A stretch of DNA of 64,000 nt from an uncultured Gammaproteobacteria bacterium (lineage in GTDB: Bacteria; Pseudomonadota; Gammaproteobacteria; JAURND01). Shown here in pieces: positions 62,109 through 64,000 of the stretch. Position numbers and translations under genes: made by a program. The notes beneath the pieces were generated by a model, which saw only the letters and a list, made by a program, of their open reading frames with translations, had not been told where the DNA came from and made no database searches. Position 1 is the first letter of the stretch. Each line of letters opens with the position of its first letter. The stretch is from the NCBI GenBank assembly GCA_963714975.1, contig CAVQQD010000002.1, positions 352,001 to 416,000 of the forward strand, written 5' to 3'.

Positions 62109-63521
62109 TATAGTGGGCGAAGAAATTCAGACAGTTAAAATGGCAAGCTAAGATATAATTCTCGCTTCGGATCAGGAGACGAGAATGAGCCAAAAACGTA
62201 AAACATATACTCCAGCAGAAAAAGCAAAAATTGCTTTGGAAGCTATTAAAGGGGAGCTAACATTGGCACAAATTAGCTCGAAGTATGGTGCCCATGGAAC
62301 GCAAATAAACGCATGGAAAAAACAAGCCTTAGCCTTGTTGCCCGATGTTTTTAGTGATAAAAATAAAAATGAAATTACGGAACATGCTACTCAACTGGCT
62401 GAATTATATGAACAAATTGGTCGTTTAAAAGTAGAGAATGATTTTTTAAAAAAAAAGTTTGAGTTGTTCCGTGGATGAAAGGCGAGGTTGGGTTGAGAGA
62501 GAACACCCATTGTTGTCAGTCTGTCGACAATGTGATCTACTGGATTTAACCCGTTCCAATGTATATTACGTGCCACGTCCCAAGGTATTAAGTGATAAAC
62601 AGCTAGCATTACTGCGCTTAGTGGATGAAATTTACACAAAGCATCCAGCTTTCGGTACAAGGCAAATGAGTGACTACATTTCTTATCACCATTACCCTTG
62701 TAAACGCCATGAGACACGTTGGGCTTATGAGCATTTAGGATTGCACTCATTGGCGCCGGGCCCTCATACCAGTAAGCCGCATCCTGAACATAAAGTATAT
62801 CCGTACTTACTGAATGACGTTGCAATAGTCAGGCCTTGCCAAGTTTTCAGTACAGATATCACGTATATTAGGCTACGACGAGGTTTCGTTTACTTGATGG
62901 CCATAATAGACTGGTATAGCCGTTTTGTATTGGATTGGCAGCTTAGCATCACTATGGAGGCTGATTTTTGTGTAGAAACACTTAAGCGGGTATTAGCGCA
63001 TTCACGCTGCGATATATTTAATACTGATCAGGGAGCGCAATTTACAAGCAAAGATTTTACTGATGTGCTCGCCGCGCATCAAATCAAAATCAGCATGGAT
63101 GGAAAGGGACGATGGGCAGATAATATTTTTGTTGAGCGCCTATGGCGATCGGTAAAATATGAATGTGTGTACCTGCAGGAGTGGGAAAACGTTACGACTG
63201 CGCGGGAAGGATTGGACGAGTACTTTCAGTTTTATAATTTTGAAAGACCCCATCAAAGTTTAAATGGGCTCACACCTAACAGGGTACATTCAAAATTGGT
63301 GCATTAAAGATGCGGATTAAGGTGGGGCTCCGCCCCACACCCCGGGATATTTAAGACGTGATTTAAATAACCGGGCAGTGGCTTGGGTGGCAAAAGCTGC
63401 CCGGAATCACGTCACGGTCATTGCCGTCCCCGGCTGTATCGTGGCTTTATTTTAACAAACACTGGACGAGAATTTATATCTTAATTTTTTAAAAAATTGT
63501 CTAGATTTTTCGCCCGCTATA
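62109..63521 (+). mobile_element. IS3-family element (apparently complete)
   Basis: Imperfect TIRs tatagtgggcgaagaaattcagaca / tgtctagatttttcgcccgctata; orfA and orfB. Confidence 0.92.
62185..63307 (+). CDS. IS3 transposase OrfAB via programmed -1 frameshift
   Basis: A9G slippery run at 62448-62457; DDE motifs TDITY, TDQGAQF, DNIFVERLWRSVKYE. Confidence 0.88.
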
Positions 63522-63523
63522 GT

Positions 63524-64000
63524 GTGTATTGGAAAGATACTAATGGAGGCTATCGTGGTGGCAATGATGAATTAGCTCGCCTAGCAGGTTTTAAATCCAG
63601 GAAAGAGATTCGTGGAAAAACAGATATTGATTTTTCCAAGGCGTTCCATTGGGATAAGGAAATGTTAGCGGGAGTTATTGCTGTCGACCAAAAAGTCATG
63701 CAAACAGGTGTTGCACGGTTAAATCATGAAGAAGAACCCTTCATAGACGTTAATGGGAATCTCATTTATCAATTAACGAATAAAGTCCCTCTGCCTAATC
63801 CTGCTAAAAAAGTTACTGGCGTAGTGGGTATTTCTATAAATATTTCCGAATTAAAAAAAATGCAGAAAGATCTGCGTTTAGCCTTGGAAGCCGCCGAAGC
63901 TTCCGATCGTGCTAAAACGGATTTTATCCAAAACATGAGTCACGATGTCAAAACGCCGCTGGCGGGTATTATTTCCATGGCGCACAGGATCGGCACGCAA
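63524..64000 (+). pseudogene. PAS-HisKA sensor kinase, 5'-truncated at the IS3 end; runs off the window
   Basis: Manual translation VYWKDTNGGYRGGN...KVPL...VVGISINI...AKTDFIQNMSHDVKTPLAGI. Confidence 0.85.

Noticed and set aside
1-64000. CRISPR array, tRNA or rRNA
   Set aside because: No regularly spaced repeat-spacer array, cloverleaf or rRNA-like tract was found by eye

Overview
AT-rich gammaproteobacterial DNA with a Legionellales/Coxiellaceae-like character, inferred from eukaryote-like kinases, ankyrin and Sel1 proteins, a PFGI-type ICE remnant and PAS-histidine kinases. (1) 1-20 kb: accessory metabolic and resistance genes (ATP-grasp + DMT pair, acyl-CoA ligase, GNATs including a GNAT-GNAT-nucleotidyltransferase fusion, aspartyl protease, SnoaL, SDR, MFS), broken up by IS4, IS3 and IS200/605 remnants. 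(2) ~20-47 kb: a decaying genomic island with RhuM, AbiE, an AbiF/HEPN gene with an upstream hairpin RNA, a VirB4-like fragment, three integrase fragments, TA modules, candidate effectors, a complete group II intron, and a two-gene operon joining an XYP-type cyclodipeptide synthase to a PQ-loop/PAS histidine kinase. This operon is the best candidate for an undescribed signal-synthase/receptor system. (3) 47-61.5 kb: a molybdenum-cofactor/purine island (LysR, NCS2, moaA-moaC/mog-moeA-moaD-moaE, modABC, xdhC) serving a single-chain eukaryote-like xanthine-oxidoreductase-family enzyme with aldehyde-oxidase-like pocket residues. The window ends with rpmB-rpmG, an IS3 element and a truncated PAS kinase. 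Many small frameshifts, even in rpmG, suggest that some pseudogenes are sequencing indels. No tRNA, rRNA or CRISPR array was seen. All calls come from motif recognition by eye; no searches were run.
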